From: an uncultured Haliangium sp.
GTDB lineage: Bacteria; Pseudomonadota; Gammaproteobacteria; GCA-001735895
NCBI GenBank assembly: GCA_964195735.1
Contig: CAXMQY010000127.1
Location: 1 to 61,952, forward strand
Direction of reading: 5' to 3'
Length of the DNA: 61,952 nt
Every line of letters starts with the position of its first letter. The stretch's first letter is position 1. Below the pieces are notes generated by a model that had not been told where the DNA came from, made no database searches, and was given only the letters and a program-made list of their open reading frames with translations. The position numbers and the translations under genes are program-made. Positions 13,201 through 23,470 of this stretch are shown here, in pieces.

Positions 13201-13556
13201 TGGGAGCGCAAGGTACAGGTAGTAGCCAGGGCATACTTTCACTTAACATCAAGGATAAGAGCTCGCTTTACGCTGCCTATATGCCTTATGTTCAGAACGG
13301 CGGCTTGTTCATTCCGACCAACAAGCAATATACCCTCGGTGACGAAGTCTTCATGCTGCTCAGCCTGATGAACGACAAGGATCGCCTGCCGGTCGCGGGC
13401 AAGATCATCTGGGTGACTCCGCAAGGTGCACAGAATAGCAAGACAGCCGGTATCGGTGTTCAGTTCAGCGCGCAGGACAACGGCACCACTCGTAATAAAA
13501 TCGAAGGTTTCCTCGCCGGCGCGTTACAGGCCGATCGCCCGACCCACACCATGTAA
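13200..13556 (+). CDS. pilZ: Type IV pilus assembly protein PilZ (PA2960 type)
   Basis: LSLNIKDKSSLYAAYMPYVQNGGLFIPT...RPTHTM; the ATG overlaps the holB stop (TGATG). Confidence 0.93.
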   Translation: MGAQGTGSSQGILSLNIKDKSSLYAAYMPYVQNGGLFIPTNKQYTLGDEVFMLLSLMNDKDRLPVAGKIIWVTPQGAQNSKTAGIGVQFSAQDNGTTRNKIEGFLAGALQADRPTHTM

Positions 13557-13589
13557 GCCCCGATTCCGCGGAGCCTGGACAGGTAGCAA

Positions 13590-14363
13590 ATGTTCTTCGA
13601 CTCGCACTGTCATCTGGATCGAATCGACCTGGATGGCTTCGACAATGATTTTAAGCAGCTGTTGCAAACCATCGAACAGGCCGGCGTCACGCGCATGATC
13701 TGCATCGGCGTCGATCTCGAATCCTTCGAGACCATGCACCGCCAGATCCTGCCTTACGACTCTGTTTTCTGCAGCGCCGGCGTACATCCCGATTATATCG
13801 ATGCCACTGAACCCGACGTCGACAAGCTCTGCCTGCTCGCCGAACGCGACAAGGTGGTCGCCATCGGCGAGACCGGACTCGATTACTTCCACCAGTCCGG
13901 TGACCTGGGCTGGCAACGCGAACGCTTCGTCACACACATCGAGGCGGCACGCCAGTGCAAGCTTCCATTGATCATACATACTCGCGACGCCAGGGAAGAT
14001 ACCCTGACATTGCTACGCCGCCACAAGGCAGACGAAGTCGGCGGTGTGCTGCACTGTTTCACTGAAGACTGGGAAATGGCGAGCGCGGCGATCGATCTCG
14101 GTTTTTACATTTCCATTTCCGGCATCGTAACCTTCAACCAGGCGCAAAACGTGCGTGACATGGCGCAACGGATTCCCCTGCAAAACCTGCTCATCGAAAC
14201 CGATGCCCCCTGGCTGTCACCCGCTCCGTTTCGCGGCAAGGTCAATCATCCGGGACGGGTCAGGCTGGTCGCTCTGAAGCTCGCTGAAATACGCGGCGAG
14301 TCGCTCGAGACCCTGGCGGATGCGACCTACCGCAATGCCAATCGACTGTTTAGCCTGCCTTAG
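13590..14363 (+). CDS. tatD: TatD family hydrolase (YcfH-like)
   Basis: DSHCH, AIGETGLDY, IIHTR, GVLHCF and ETDAP motifs; holB-pilZ-tatD synteny. Confidence 0.92.
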   Translation: MFFDSHCHLDRIDLDGFDNDFKQLLQTIEQAGVTRMICIGVDLESFETMHRQILPYDSVFCSAGVHPDYIDATEPDVDKLCLLAERDKVVAIGETGLDYFHQSGDLGWQRERFVTHIEAARQCKLPLIIHTRDAREDTLTLLRRHKADEVGGVLHCFTEDWEMASAAIDLGFYISISGIVTFNQAQNVRDMAQRIPLQNLLIETDAPWLSPAPFRGKVNHPGRVRLVALKLAEIRGESLETLADATYRNANRLFSLP

Positions 14364-14583
14364 GGCCTGTTAACACTAACGGGATTGCCACTGCTGGGGC
14401 GTGTTTGTCTCCAGCAAGGCGGAAGGAGTGCCGTGTAGTCATTCTACATAAACGACTGACAATGCGGCTGGACTCGCCAGGCGCTGGAAATATCACCACG
14501 CGGTGGTTTATGCTACGAACTTCTCCGCCTGGCTGATAAACCTGCCCACGCAGGTGACGGCGGCACTTTACACTGTAAACAGG
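14361..14583. mobile_element. Possible degenerate MITE
   Basis: Left end TAGGGCCTGTTAACACTA; partial inverted copy TGTAAACAGG at 14574-14583; internal TGTAG-TCATT-CTACA hairpin; no credible ORF. Confidence 0.45.
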
Positions 14584-14594
14584 AATCCCGGGAT

Positions 14595-15584
14595 ATGACC
14601 GAAGTGGAACCCATGGCACTACGCGAACAGGTCCTGGCGCTGCAGGATTTCATGAACTCGCGCATTCTCGGGCAACAGCACCTGTGTTCGCGAATGCTGA
14701 TCGCCTTGCTCGCGGACGGCCACATCCTTGTCGAGGGTCCGCCGGGGCTGGCCAAGACCCGCGCGGTAAAGACGCTAGCCAGTGGCGTGCAGGGGGATTT
14801 TCAACGCATCCAGTTTACGCCCGACCTGTTGCCAGCCGACCTGACCGGTACCGACGTTTATCGACCGCAGGACAGCAGTTTCAGCTTCCAGCCGGGGCCG
14901 TTGATGCATCACGTCATCGTCGCCGACGAAATCAACCGCGCACCCGCCAAGGTGCAATCGGCTTTGCTCGAGGCGATGGAAGAACGCCAGATCACGGTCG
15001 GCGGGAATACTTACCCATTATCGCGGCTCTATTTTGTCATGGCGACGCAAAACCCGATCGAACAGGAAGGGACCTATCCCTTGCCCGAATCTCAACTGGA
15101 TCGCTTCCTGTTGAAGATCAGCATCGACTACCCCGGGCTCGAAGATGAGGTCGACATCATGCGCCAGGTACGGATGGAAGCTCGACAGGAACAGCAGGTT
15201 CAACAGCTACCGACAGAACTGCCACTGTCGCAGCAAGTCGTGTTTGCCGCGCGCGCGCAAGTACTGGAATTGTTTACCGCCGAGCCGGTGGAGCAATACA
15301 TCGCCCAGCTGGTCGACGCCAGTCGTCATCCGCAACATTACTCGGACGAACTCGCCAGCTGGATTCAATACGGTGCAAGCCCGCGCGCCAGCATCGCCTT
15401 CGACCGTTGTGCGCGCGCACTGGCCTGGCTCGAAGGCCGCGACTACGTGTCGCCAGAAGACGTGCAGAAGCTGGCCCATGAAATCCTGCGCCACCGGATC
15501 CTGTTAACCTACCAGGCTGAAGCTGACGGGGTTTCCATCGATTCCGTTATCGACGAGTTGCTGGCTCGGGTGCCAGTCGGCTGA
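14595..15584 (+). CDS. moxR: MoxR family AAA+ ATPase
   Basis: [44 protein letters not shown] and [16 protein letters not shown] motifs. Confidence 0.95.
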   Translation: MTEVEPMALREQVLALQDFMNSRILGQQHLCSRMLIALLADGHILVEGPPGLAKTRAVKTLASGVQGDFQRIQFTPDLLPADLTGTDVYRPQDSSFSFQPGPLMHHVIVADEINRAPAKVQSALLEAMEERQITVGGNTYPLSRLYFVMATQNPIEQEGTYPLPESQLDRFLLKISIDYPGLEDEVDIMRQVRMEARQEQQVQQLPTELPLSQQVVFAARAQVLELFTAEPVEQYIAQLVDASRHPQHYSDELASWIQYGASPRASIAFDRCARALAWLEGRDYVSPEDVQKLAHEILRHRILLTYQAEADGVSIDSVIDELLARVPVG

Positions 15585-15600
15585 AGTCGCCGTAACTGAC

Positions 15601-16521
15601 ATGGCCGCCACCGCCGACAAGATTCCGGGGATTAGCATTGATGTCGATGACCTGATCGCGGTACGTACCCGGCTCAGCGGCCTGTCCGGTGCCCGTATCC
15701 GGCGTCAGGCCAGTAACCATGCGGGCGCGCGTGAGTTGCACCTGCGCGGACCCGGCATGGAGTACGTGGAATCACGTGCCTACGTCTACGGCGACGACGT
15801 CCGCACCATGGACTGGCGCGTGATGGCGCGTACCGGGGAGGCGCACACCAAGGTATTTGCCGAGGAAAAAGATCGTTGCTGTCTGCTCGCTGTCGACCTG
15901 TCGGCCTCGATGTTTTTCGGCACTCGCGTAGCCTTCAAATCATGGGCCGCCGCCCAGGTCGCCGCCCATGCCGGCTGGCTAGCCAGCTTTGCCGGCGAAC
16001 GCATCGGCGGCCTGGTCGTGGCGCCCGACTACCACGGTGAAATCAGACCCGGCAAAAACCGCTCCGGGCTGCTCGACGTTTTTCACCACCTGGCTCGCGC
16101 CGGCGACTCGACAATAGCGCGGCCCGATGCCGACAGCCGGCTAGGATTCCTGTTGCGTGAACTGAACCGGGTAACTCGGCCGGGCGCGAACATTGCGTTG
16201 ATCTCGGATTTTCTCGATGTCGGTGACACCGCAATGCAAGCCCTCGCGGATATTACCCGGCACAACCAGGTCACGGCTTACTGGATCTACGACGACATCG
16301 AGGTCAATGACTGGCCGGCCGGGCACTACCCGGTGCAGAGTGGCCGGCACAGCCTGTTGCTCGACCTGGTCGATGAGCAACGCAAGGCCTGGCTGAGACA
16401 GCGCCAGCAACAGCATCGAGAGCGCATCGAGTCGCTGTGCGCAAACTTCAACATATTGCTGTTACCGCTTAGCTGTAACCACGATATCACCCGTCAGTTT
16501 CTGCAGGACCCGGAGCGCTGA
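15601..16521 (+). CDS. DUF58 family (VWA-like) protein
   Basis: GMEYVESRAYVYGDDVRTMDWRVMAR and VDLSASM.FG motifs; follows moxR. Confidence 0.9.
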   Translation: MAATADKIPGISIDVDDLIAVRTRLSGLSGARIRRQASNHAGARELHLRGPGMEYVESRAYVYGDDVRTMDWRVMARTGEAHTKVFAEEKDRCCLLAVDLSASMFFGTRVAFKSWAAAQVAAHAGWLASFAGERIGGLVVAPDYHGEIRPGKNRSGLLDVFHHLARAGDSTIARPDADSRLGFLLRELNRVTRPGANIALISDFLDVGDTAMQALADITRHNQVTAYWIYDDIEVNDWPAGHYPVQSGRHSLLLDLVDEQRKAWLRQRQQQHRERIESLCANFNILLLPLSCNHDITRQFLQDPER

Positions 16522-16522
16522 G

Positions 16523-17023
16523 ATGAGCGAGGAAGAATTGCTGCTGCAACTGCGGGACATCCAGGCACCGCCGGAACCGGCCTGGTGGCTACTCGCGCCC
16601 GGTCACCTGGCAGTTCTCGGCCTGGTAATCCTGCTGCTCGGCGGCGGCTGGTTGATACTGAGGCGTCGCCGTGCAAACCGCCTGGCAAAGCTCGCCGAGT
16701 ACGAGTTGCAACTCATCAAGTCAGACTTTCACCACCACAAGGACCCGCGTCAACTGGCAACCCGGCTGTCGTGCTGGCTCAAACAGGTGGCACTGCAGGC
16801 CTATCCCGCGAGGCAGCTGCAAAGCATCAGCGGACAAGCCTGGCTCGAATTTCTCGACAAGAGTCTCGGCGACTCTCAATTCACCCGGGGTTGCGGCCAG
16901 GTGTTCGGAGCGGCTGTCTATCGACCGCAGATCACGCTCGATGCAGACCAGGTCTTCGCGCTGTGTACTCACTGGTTGCAGGCAGTGAGGCCGCGCCTGC
17001 AACGTCGGGGCAGGGGGCAATGA
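16523..17023 (+). CDS. DUF4381 family membrane protein
   Basis: QLRDI..P.EPAWW..APG followed by a TM helix; typical third gene of MoxR/Bat operons. Confidence 0.85.
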   Translation: MSEEELLLQLRDIQAPPEPAWWLLAPGHLAVLGLVILLLGGGWLILRRRRANRLAKLAEYELQLIKSDFHHHKDPRQLATRLSCWLKQVALQAYPARQLQSISGQAWLEFLDKSLGDSQFTRGCGQVFGAAVYRPQITLDADQVFALCTHWLQAVRPRLQRRGRGQ

Positions 17024-18015
17024 TCGGGCTTGACTGGTGGTGGGCGCTGTTGCTGTTGCCGCTGCCGCTACTTGCCCGCTTGTTGTTGCCGGCGGCATCT
17101 GACGCCGAGCTTGCGCTCAGTGTGCCCCTGTTGAGCGGCGCCGCGCTCAGCGACACGGCCGTTACGCGCGCTTCGCTGCGACCACGGAGGGCGTGGCTAT
17201 GGATATTCTGGTGCTGCCTGGTGCTGGCGGCGAGTCGGCCATTCTGGCTGGGTGAACCCATCTCGAGAACCGTCAGCGGACGCGACCTGATGCTGGCGGT
17301 CGACATTTCCGGCAGCATGAACGAGGCCGACATGACCGTCAATGACAAGGCCACCACGCGCATCGAAGTGCTCAAACTTGTGGTCGGTAAATTCATCGAA
17401 CGCCGTGAGGGTGACCGCCTCGGCCTGATCCTGTTCGGCACCAACGCCTATACCTATGTCCCGCTCACCTTTGACCTGGGGGCGCTCGGCAAGCTGCTGA
17501 ACGATGTCAGCACCGGGCTCGCCGGACGCCATACCGCCATCGGCGACGCCATCGGGGTCGCGATGAAATCTATGCGCAAGCAGCACAGCCGGCACAAGGT
17601 GCTGGTGCTGGTTACCGACGGTTCCAACACAGCTGGTTTCGAAAATCCCGTGGTTGCGGCCCAGGCGGCGGCACGGCAGGGACTCACTATCTACACCATC
17701 GGCATCGGTACCGACGCCGATACCCTGGGGCGCATATACGGCGTGAAGAATATCCCGACCGGTGTCGCGCTCAACGAACACGTGCTCGGGAGCATCGCCC
17801 AAGTAGCTAACGGGCGCTATTTTCGTGCAACCAACCTCGCCGCACTGGAACAGATTTACCTCGAGCTCGACAAGCTCGAACCCATCGAATACGAATACCA
17901 GCGGCATCGACCGCGCCATGAACTCTACCGCCTGCCTCTGTTCGCGGGATTGTCGTTACTGTTGGTTTACCTGCTCGCCAGCTTACAACGCGCGCGCACG
18001 GCGACCCTTTCATGA
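17020..18015 (+). CDS. VWA domain membrane protein (BatA-like)
   Basis: GRDLMLAVDISGSM (MIDAS), GDRLGLILFG, TAIGDAIG and LVTDGSNTAG. Real start is ATG 17020 overlapping the upstream TGA, not 16585. Confidence 0.9.
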   Translation: MIGLDWWWALLLLPLPLLARLLLPAASDAELALSVPLLSGAALSDTAVTRASLRPRRAWLWIFWCCLVLAASRPFWLGEPISRTVSGRDLMLAVDISGSMNEADMTVNDKATTRIEVLKLVVGKFIERREGDRLGLILFGTNAYTYVPLTFDLGALGKLLNDVSTGLAGRHTAIGDAIGVAMKSMRKQHSRHKVLVLVTDGSNTAGFENPVVAAQAAARQGLTIYTIGIGTDADTLGRIYGVKNIPTGVALNEHVLGSIAQVANGRYFRATNLAALEQIYLELDKLEPIEYEYQRHRPRHELYRLPLFAGLSLLLVYLLASLQRARTATLS

Positions 18016-19757
18016 ACAGCGCTGCCAGTTTCCAGTTTCTGCATCCACTGTGGCTGTTGCTACTGGCGCCGCTATGGGCGCTGATGTGGGCCTATGCCCG
18101 CCAGGCGCGTCGCAAATCGATGTGGCTGCGCATCTGCGATCCGCGTTTACTGGCCGAGATGACATCGCAGCAGACCCGCCGATCTGGACATACAGCAGCG
18201 GCATGGATCATCGGCATCGTGCTGACGCTGGGAATCATTGCCTCAGCCGCGCCCAGCTGGAGCCGGGTATCCAGCCCGCTGCTGGAGGCGAGCACGGCGC
18301 GCGTCATCGTGCTCGACCTGTCACGCGCCATGCTGGCGGAGGACGTCCGGCCGAATCGCTACCAGCATGCCGTGGTGGCGACATCCGAGCTGATCGGCAA
18401 CGGCTTTGATGGAGAAACCGGCCTGGTAGTGTTTGCCGGTGCGGCATTCGTGTTGGCGCCGCTGTCGCGTGATGCCGACACACTGCAGGCATTCGTCGAG
18501 GCAATGTCTCCCGAGGCCATGCCGCAGGATGGCAGTAACATCGGCCAGGCCATCGGCATGGCGCAGGATCTGTTGAGCGCATCACTCACCGGCCACGGCC
18601 AAATCCTGTTGATCAGTGCCGGCGATAGCAACGACGCTTCCGCAATTCAGGCAGCCACGGAAGCCGCGGCACTGGGGCATCGCATTTCCGTACTGGCCAT
18701 CGGCAGCCGCGCCGGCGGGCCGTTGCGGGATGCGCGCGGAGCACTGTTACGTGACGCCGACGGCAAGATACTGCTCAGCAAATCCAATTTCGACTTGCTG
18801 CAGCGCATTGCCACCGCGGGCGAGGGCTCAATGGCGCTCGCGCTGGCCGATGTTGCCGGCGGCGACCTGTTGTCCTCGAGGCTGGGCGCCAACCGCCTGG
18901 TCGAGGCCGCGCATAATGCCAGCAGCGACTCCGGCGAGGCTGCTGACGACGGCATCTGGTTGCTATGGCTTATGCTACCGATTGCGCTGCTACTGTTCAG
19001 AAGGAATGTCTTGCTGGTGCTGACGTTGATGTTGCTGGTACCAGGCGAACAGGGAGTCTATGCAAGTGAGCCCGGCGGCATGTGGAAGCACGCGGAGCAG
19101 GTCGCTTTTGGCGCCTACCAGCGCGGAGAGTTCGAAGCCGCAATCGAGCTATCAGGCAGCGCGATTTTACGTGGCGCGGCATTTTATCGCCGCGGCCTGT
19201 TTGCGCAGGCATTGGAACAATTCAGCGATGAGCATTCCGCAGCCTCGGTGTATAACCGCGCCAATACACTGGTACAGCTGCAGCGTTACCCCGAAGCCAT
19301 CGCCGCTTACAAGCTGGCGCTGGAGTTGGACCCTGGACTTGAGGCAGCGCGCTACAACCAGCGTTTGCTGGAACTTTTTCTACAGCAACAGGCGGCAGCG
19401 GCTGACGGCCAGAATAGCGACGCCGATGGCGACCTGGCCGGCGATGGAGAATCGCAGGATGACTCGACAATGCGTATCGGCATCGCCTCGGAGTTGAACA
19501 TCAATCCTGCGGACGACCAGCAACCCGGGCCCGGCACCGGCGCCAGCCAGCAAACCGGCCAGGTAGATCCGATGGAGCGTTTTGACGGTACGGATATTGA
19601 GCAGGCGCGCTTTATACTGCGTGCCCAGGGACCTGACCAGGCGCCACCGACCGAATTCATCGAGCGCTGGATCAGCAGCCTGCCTGAGACATCGACCGAG
19701 CTGTATCGGCGAAAATTCCTGCGCGATTATCAGCGCCAGCAGCGCCAGCAGCGCTAG
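18012..19757 (+). CDS. VWA plus TPR membrane protein (BatB/BatC-like fusion)
   Basis: FQFLHPLWL, VIVLDLSRAM.AEDVRPNR, TPR segment YNRANTLVQLQRYPEAIAAYKLAL and an acidic tail. Confidence 0.85.
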   Translation: MNSAASFQFLHPLWLLLLAPLWALMWAYARQARRKSMWLRICDPRLLAEMTSQQTRRSGHTAAAWIIGIVLTLGIIASAAPSWSRVSSPLLEASTARVIVLDLSRAMLAEDVRPNRYQHAVVATSELIGNGFDGETGLVVFAGAAFVLAPLSRDADTLQAFVEAMSPEAMPQDGSNIGQAIGMAQDLLSASLTGHGQILLISAGDSNDASAIQAATEAAALGHRISVLAIGSRAGGPLRDARGALLRDADGKILLSKSNFDLLQRIATAGEGSMALALADVAGGDLLSSRLGANRLVEAAHNASSDSGEAADDGIWLLWLMLPIALLLFRRNVLLVLTLMLLVPGEQGVYASEPGGMWKHAEQVAFGAYQRGEFEAAIELSGSAILRGAAFYRRGLFAQALEQFSDEHSAASVYNRANTLVQLQRYPEAIAAYKLALELDPGLEAARYNQRLLELFLQQQAAAADGQNSDADGDLAGDGESQDDSTMRIGIASELNINPADDQQPGPGTGASQQTGQVDPMERFDGTDIEQARFILRAQGPDQAPPTEFIERWISSLPETSTELYRRKFLRDYQRQQRQQR

Positions 19758-19759
19758 CC

Positions 19760-21430
19760 ATGTATCGCACCGGCCTCGTCCTAACCACCCTCCTGCTGAC
19801 CTCGTTCGCGCAGGCACAAACCACCACGCTGCGCCAACAACAAATCCACACGGGCGATATTGCCGAGCTGACAATCGAATACGAGGCAGCCATCCCATCA
19901 CTGTATGCGATCGATACGGCGCCGCTCGAAGTCGATTTCAAAGTGCTCGACACGCGTTCGAGCGTCACCCGTGTACTCAAGGAGAAACAGACGATGCATC
20001 GCATGCACTGGAGCGTAACGCTGGTGCCTCGGCGCAGCGGCAGACTGCGAATTCCGGCACTCGGCTTCGGTGACAATCACAGTGACGTCCTGTGGCTCGA
20101 CGTCGAACCCGTAAGCCCCGGTTTGCAAACACGACAAAACGCGTTTATCGAAATCGAGGCGATTCCGTACAAACCATACCCAGGTCAACAAACCCGCATC
20201 ATCCTGCGTCTGCTGCACAACCTGGATGTGCTCGACGGTCGACTGGAAGACCCCGGAATCGAGCAAGCCCGGGTGTTTCGCAGCGGTCGCGACGCCCTTT
20301 ACCCCAGCATGCGTGACGGTGAGTCCTTTTCGGTACTGGAGCGCGGCATTCTGCTGATACCCGAGTCCGCCGATACCCTGGCGATCGGACCTGCGGGCTA
20401 TCGCGGTGTCATTACCCCGGCAAACGAACCCGGTGGCAAGGTGATACAGGAAAATCCTCGTTACATATACCGTAGTAGCGATGCACTGCAACTGCAGGTC
20501 CGTGAACTACCGCCAGGATTCGACAGGGAAGGGTGGCTACCGGCGCAGGATCTTGAAATGGATCTGGCCTGGGACGAATTTCCGCAACCTCCCAGGATCG
20601 GTGATTCGCTCGGGGTCACACTGACCTTGCAGGCTGTCGGGCTGCCCGCAGAGGCACTTCCTGCGGACCTGCTGTTGCGTGAATCGAATCAATTCCGTAT
20701 CTACGCCGACCAGGCTAATCGCAGTACAAGAGTCGAGGGCCTGGCGCACGATGCTCAATTGATCGGGCGATTGCAACAGCGTTACGTCATTATCATCGAC
20801 CAGGCAGGTGTTGTAACTCTGCCACAGCTGCGTTTGACCTGGTGGGACGTGAAGCGGGACGCAGCACGCGTGGTGACACTGGATGCGACCAGTGTCACGG
20901 TCGCCGCCGATCCAGATATCGACGCCGACCATCACGACATTCTCTCCTCCCTGGCAGCTGCTAAACCCGGAGGCTGGTTGATTCAACCGCTGTTTCGCTA
21001 CTGGCCATGGTTTACCGCAGCCTCGATAGTATTGTTGATCGCCGGGCTACTCGGCGCCGCCACGGGGCTGCGACGGCGCCTGGTTGCGACGGCGTGGCGC
21101 GCGCTACAGCGGCGGCAATGCCGGCGAGTGTTGAAACAGGCATGCTTCGGAAATGACGCCGCGGCGACTCACCGGGCATTGATCGCATGGAGCAGGCTGC
21201 ATTGGCGTGATCCGCGTATCAGCAGCCTGTACTCGATTGCGAGTCGTTGTGGCTCGAGCGACTGGAACGAACCGCTGGCGCGACTCGATGCCGCCCTGTT
21301 CGCAGCGCGGCCAGGCGACTGGCAGGGCAGGGAGCTTTGGCATCTGGTGCGGATGCAGGGCAGCTCAGGAGCAGGGCGGAAGCCGGATCTCTCAAACCGC
21401 TTGCCCGGGCTATATCCACTGCAGGCCTGA
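19760..21430 (+). CDS. BatD family protein
   Basis: Signal peptide, repeated beta-rich segments, LPQLRLTWWD motif, C-terminal TM and LP.LYP end; last gene of the MoxR operon. Confidence 0.8.
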   Translation: MYRTGLVLTTLLLTSFAQAQTTTLRQQQIHTGDIAELTIEYEAAIPSLYAIDTAPLEVDFKVLDTRSSVTRVLKEKQTMHRMHWSVTLVPRRSGRLRIPALGFGDNHSDVLWLDVEPVSPGLQTRQNAFIEIEAIPYKPYPGQQTRIILRLLHNLDVLDGRLEDPGIEQARVFRSGRDALYPSMRDGESFSVLERGILLIPESADTLAIGPAGYRGVITPANEPGGKVIQENPRYIYRSSDALQLQVRELPPGFDREGWLPAQDLEMDLAWDEFPQPPRIGDSLGVTLTLQAVGLPAEALPADLLLRESNQFRIYADQANRSTRVEGLAHDAQLIGRLQQRYVIIIDQAGVVTLPQLRLTWWDVKRDAARVVTLDATSVTVAADPDIDADHHDILSSLAAAKPGGWLIQPLFRYWPWFTAASIVLLIAGLLGAATGLRRRLVATAWRALQRRQCRRVLKQACFGNDAAATHRALIAWSRLHWRDPRISSLYSIASRCGSSDWNEPLARLDAALFAARPGDWQGRELWHLVRMQGSSGAGRKPDLSNRLPGLYPLQA

Positions 21431-23470
21431 TCAGGAATCCTGATCGTCGAGTTGCGACCAGCCCGCGGCCGGCTGGAAACGCTCGCCGAAGCGAGATTCG
21501 TATTCCTTCATCGAAGCGACGATCGCAACGATACCTTCACTCAGGCTGTAATTCATCGGCCCACCGCGAAACGGGGCGAAACCAGTGCCGAAGATAATGC
21601 CGGCATCGAGCAAATCACTGTCGGCGACGATTTCTTCCTGCAGGCAGGCGGCGGCCTCGTTCAAAAACCGAAACACCAGCCGGTTCTGGATCATCTTCTG
21701 ATCACCCAGGTCAACATCCTTGTCCTGTACCGGTTTTCCTTTTTTATAGGTATAGAATCCACGTCCTGATTTCTTACCGAGGTGCTTCGCATCGACAAAC
21801 CGGTTCAATCCCGCTGGCACTGCGGTTCCGTAAGCCTCGGACAGGTTCTGCGCCACCGACAGGCAGATATCGAGACCGACGGTATCGGCCAGTTCCACCG
21901 GTCCCATCGGCATGCCGAAATCGACCGCGGCCTTGTCGATGGCTTCGGGCGCGACACCCTCGTCGTAGAGCGTAAAGGCCTCCACCAGGTAGGGCATCAG
22001 GATGCGGTTGACCAGGAATCCGGGCGAGCTCTTGACCGGTAACGGCAACTTGCCGATGTGCTGGGTAAAGGCGATCGCCTGTTGCTGGGTTTGCTCGGAG
22101 GTCTGCGCCGAACTGACGATCTCGACCAGCGGCATCATCGCAACCGGGTTGAAAAAGTGCACCCCTACCAGGCGCTCGGGTTGCTTTAGCGCGGTCGCCA
22201 GTGTTTCCAGTGGAATGCTCGAGGTATTGGTGGCGAGTACCGCATCAGGCTTCATACGCACCTCGACGTCGCGGTAAATGGCTTGCTTGGCATCGACGTC
22301 CTCGAAAATCGCTTCGATGATCACATCGGCTTTGGCGACACCGTCGCCGGGCACATCCGGAATCAGGCGATCGATGGCCGCGTTGCGCTCGGCGGTAATC
22401 TTCAGGCGCTTGCCAAAGAGCTGATGGGCGCGTTTGAAGGCATTGCTCAGGAACTTCGTTTCCCGATCCTGCAGGGTAACGGTAAAACCGCGCAGCGCGC
22501 ACCAGGCCGCAATGTCGCCGCCCATGGTGCCTGCGCCTATGACATGCACATGCCGCGGTACGAACGATTTCTTGTCGCCGAGCCCCTTCAGTCGTGTCTG
22601 CAGAAAGAATACCCGGATCAGATTGCGCACCGTGTCGCCCTGGATCAAGAGCGCGACCGAATTCGCCTCTTCATCCATCATGCGCTTGTGGTTGCCGTAA
22701 TAATTGGCCCACACATCAAGAATTGCGTATGGGGCAGGGTAGTGCTGTCGTGGTGCTTTTTTCGCGACCTGTTTTTTCATGTATTTGGCGAGCAGGCTGC
22801 GTATTCCCGGCAGCGATAGCGCCTTGCCGAGCAGGGGCATGCGCTGCCGCTGCGGTGGCGTCAGCGCAATACTGCGCACGGCTCGCTCGATCTGGCGTTC
22901 TGGCTGCGCGATGTCGACCAGGCCGATGGCGCGCGCGGCGCGCGCCGACAGAGCCCGGCCGGTCAGCATTAATTCGAGCGATTTCAATGGATTAATGATG
23001 GCAGTCGAGCGCACCAGGCCACCATAGGCCGGATGTATGCCGAGCTTCACTTCGGGCAGGCCGATACGGGTCGCGCGATCGTCGAGCGCGACGCGGTAAT
23101 CGCAGGCCAGCGCGAGCTCCGTTCCGCCACCCATGCAGAAGCCTTCGATCATGGCAACCGTCGGACAGGACAGGTCGGCAATGCGGCTGAACAGCTTCTG
23201 CCCGCGCTTGATCATAATCAACGCGTCCTGGGTCGTCTCGATCTCGAGAAATTCATTGACGTCGGCACCTGCGATGAATCCGCCTGTCTTTGCGGAGCGA
23301 AATACCAGCGCCCGGGGTAGGCTTTGCTCAATCTCGTCGAGCAAGCCGTCGAGTTGTTCCAGCACGCTGATCGAGAGCACATTAGTATCGGTATTCTGCT
23401 TGTCGAGGATGAGCCAGCGTATGCCGTCGTCATCTACCTGGCTTTGCCAATCGGAAGCGCTTGCGTTCAT
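21431..23470 (-). CDS. fadJ: Fatty acid oxidation complex alpha subunit (enoyl-CoA hydratase/3-hydroxyacyl-CoA dehydrogenase)
   Basis: FIAGAD, GGGTELALAC, GLPEVKLG, GAGTMGG, NTSS, HFFNP and PGFLVNR motifs. ATG 23470 overlaps the thiolase stop. Confidence 0.85.
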   Translation of the reverse strand: MNASASDWQSQVDDDGIRWLILDKQNTDTNVLSISVLEQLDGLLDEIEQSLPRALVFRSAKTGGFIAGADVNEFLEIETTQDALIMIKRGQKLFSRIADLSCPTVAMIEGFCMGGGTELALACDYRVALDDRATRIGLPEVKLGIHPAYGGLVRSTAIINPLKSLELMLTGRALSARAARAIGLVDIAQPERQIERAVRSIALTPPQRQRMPLLGKALSLPGIRSLLAKYMKKQVAKKAPRQHYPAPYAILDVWANYYGNHKRMMDEEANSVALLIQGDTVRNLIRVFFLQTRLKGLGDKKSFVPRHVHVIGAGTMGGDIAAWCALRGFTVTLQDRETKFLSNAFKRAHQLFGKRLKITAERNAAIDRLIPDVPGDGVAKADVIIEAIFEDVDAKQAIYRDVEVRMKPDAVLATNTSSIPLETLATALKQPERLVGVHFFNPVAMMPLVEIVSSAQTSEQTQQQAIAFTQHIGKLPLPVKSSPGFLVNRILMPYLVEAFTLYDEGVAPEAIDKAAVDFGMPMGPVELADTVGLDICLSVAQNLSEAYGTAVPAGLNRFVDAKHLGKKSGRGFYTYKKGKPVQDKDVDLGDQKMIQNRLVFRFLNEAAACLQEEIVADSDLLDAGIIFGTGFAPFRGGPMNYSLSEGIVAIVASMKEYESRFGERFQPAAGWSQLDDQDS

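Noticed and set aside
16585-17019. N-terminal extension of the 476-aa ORF
   Set aside because: Overlaps the DUF4381 gene out of frame; the VWA protein starts at ATG 17020.
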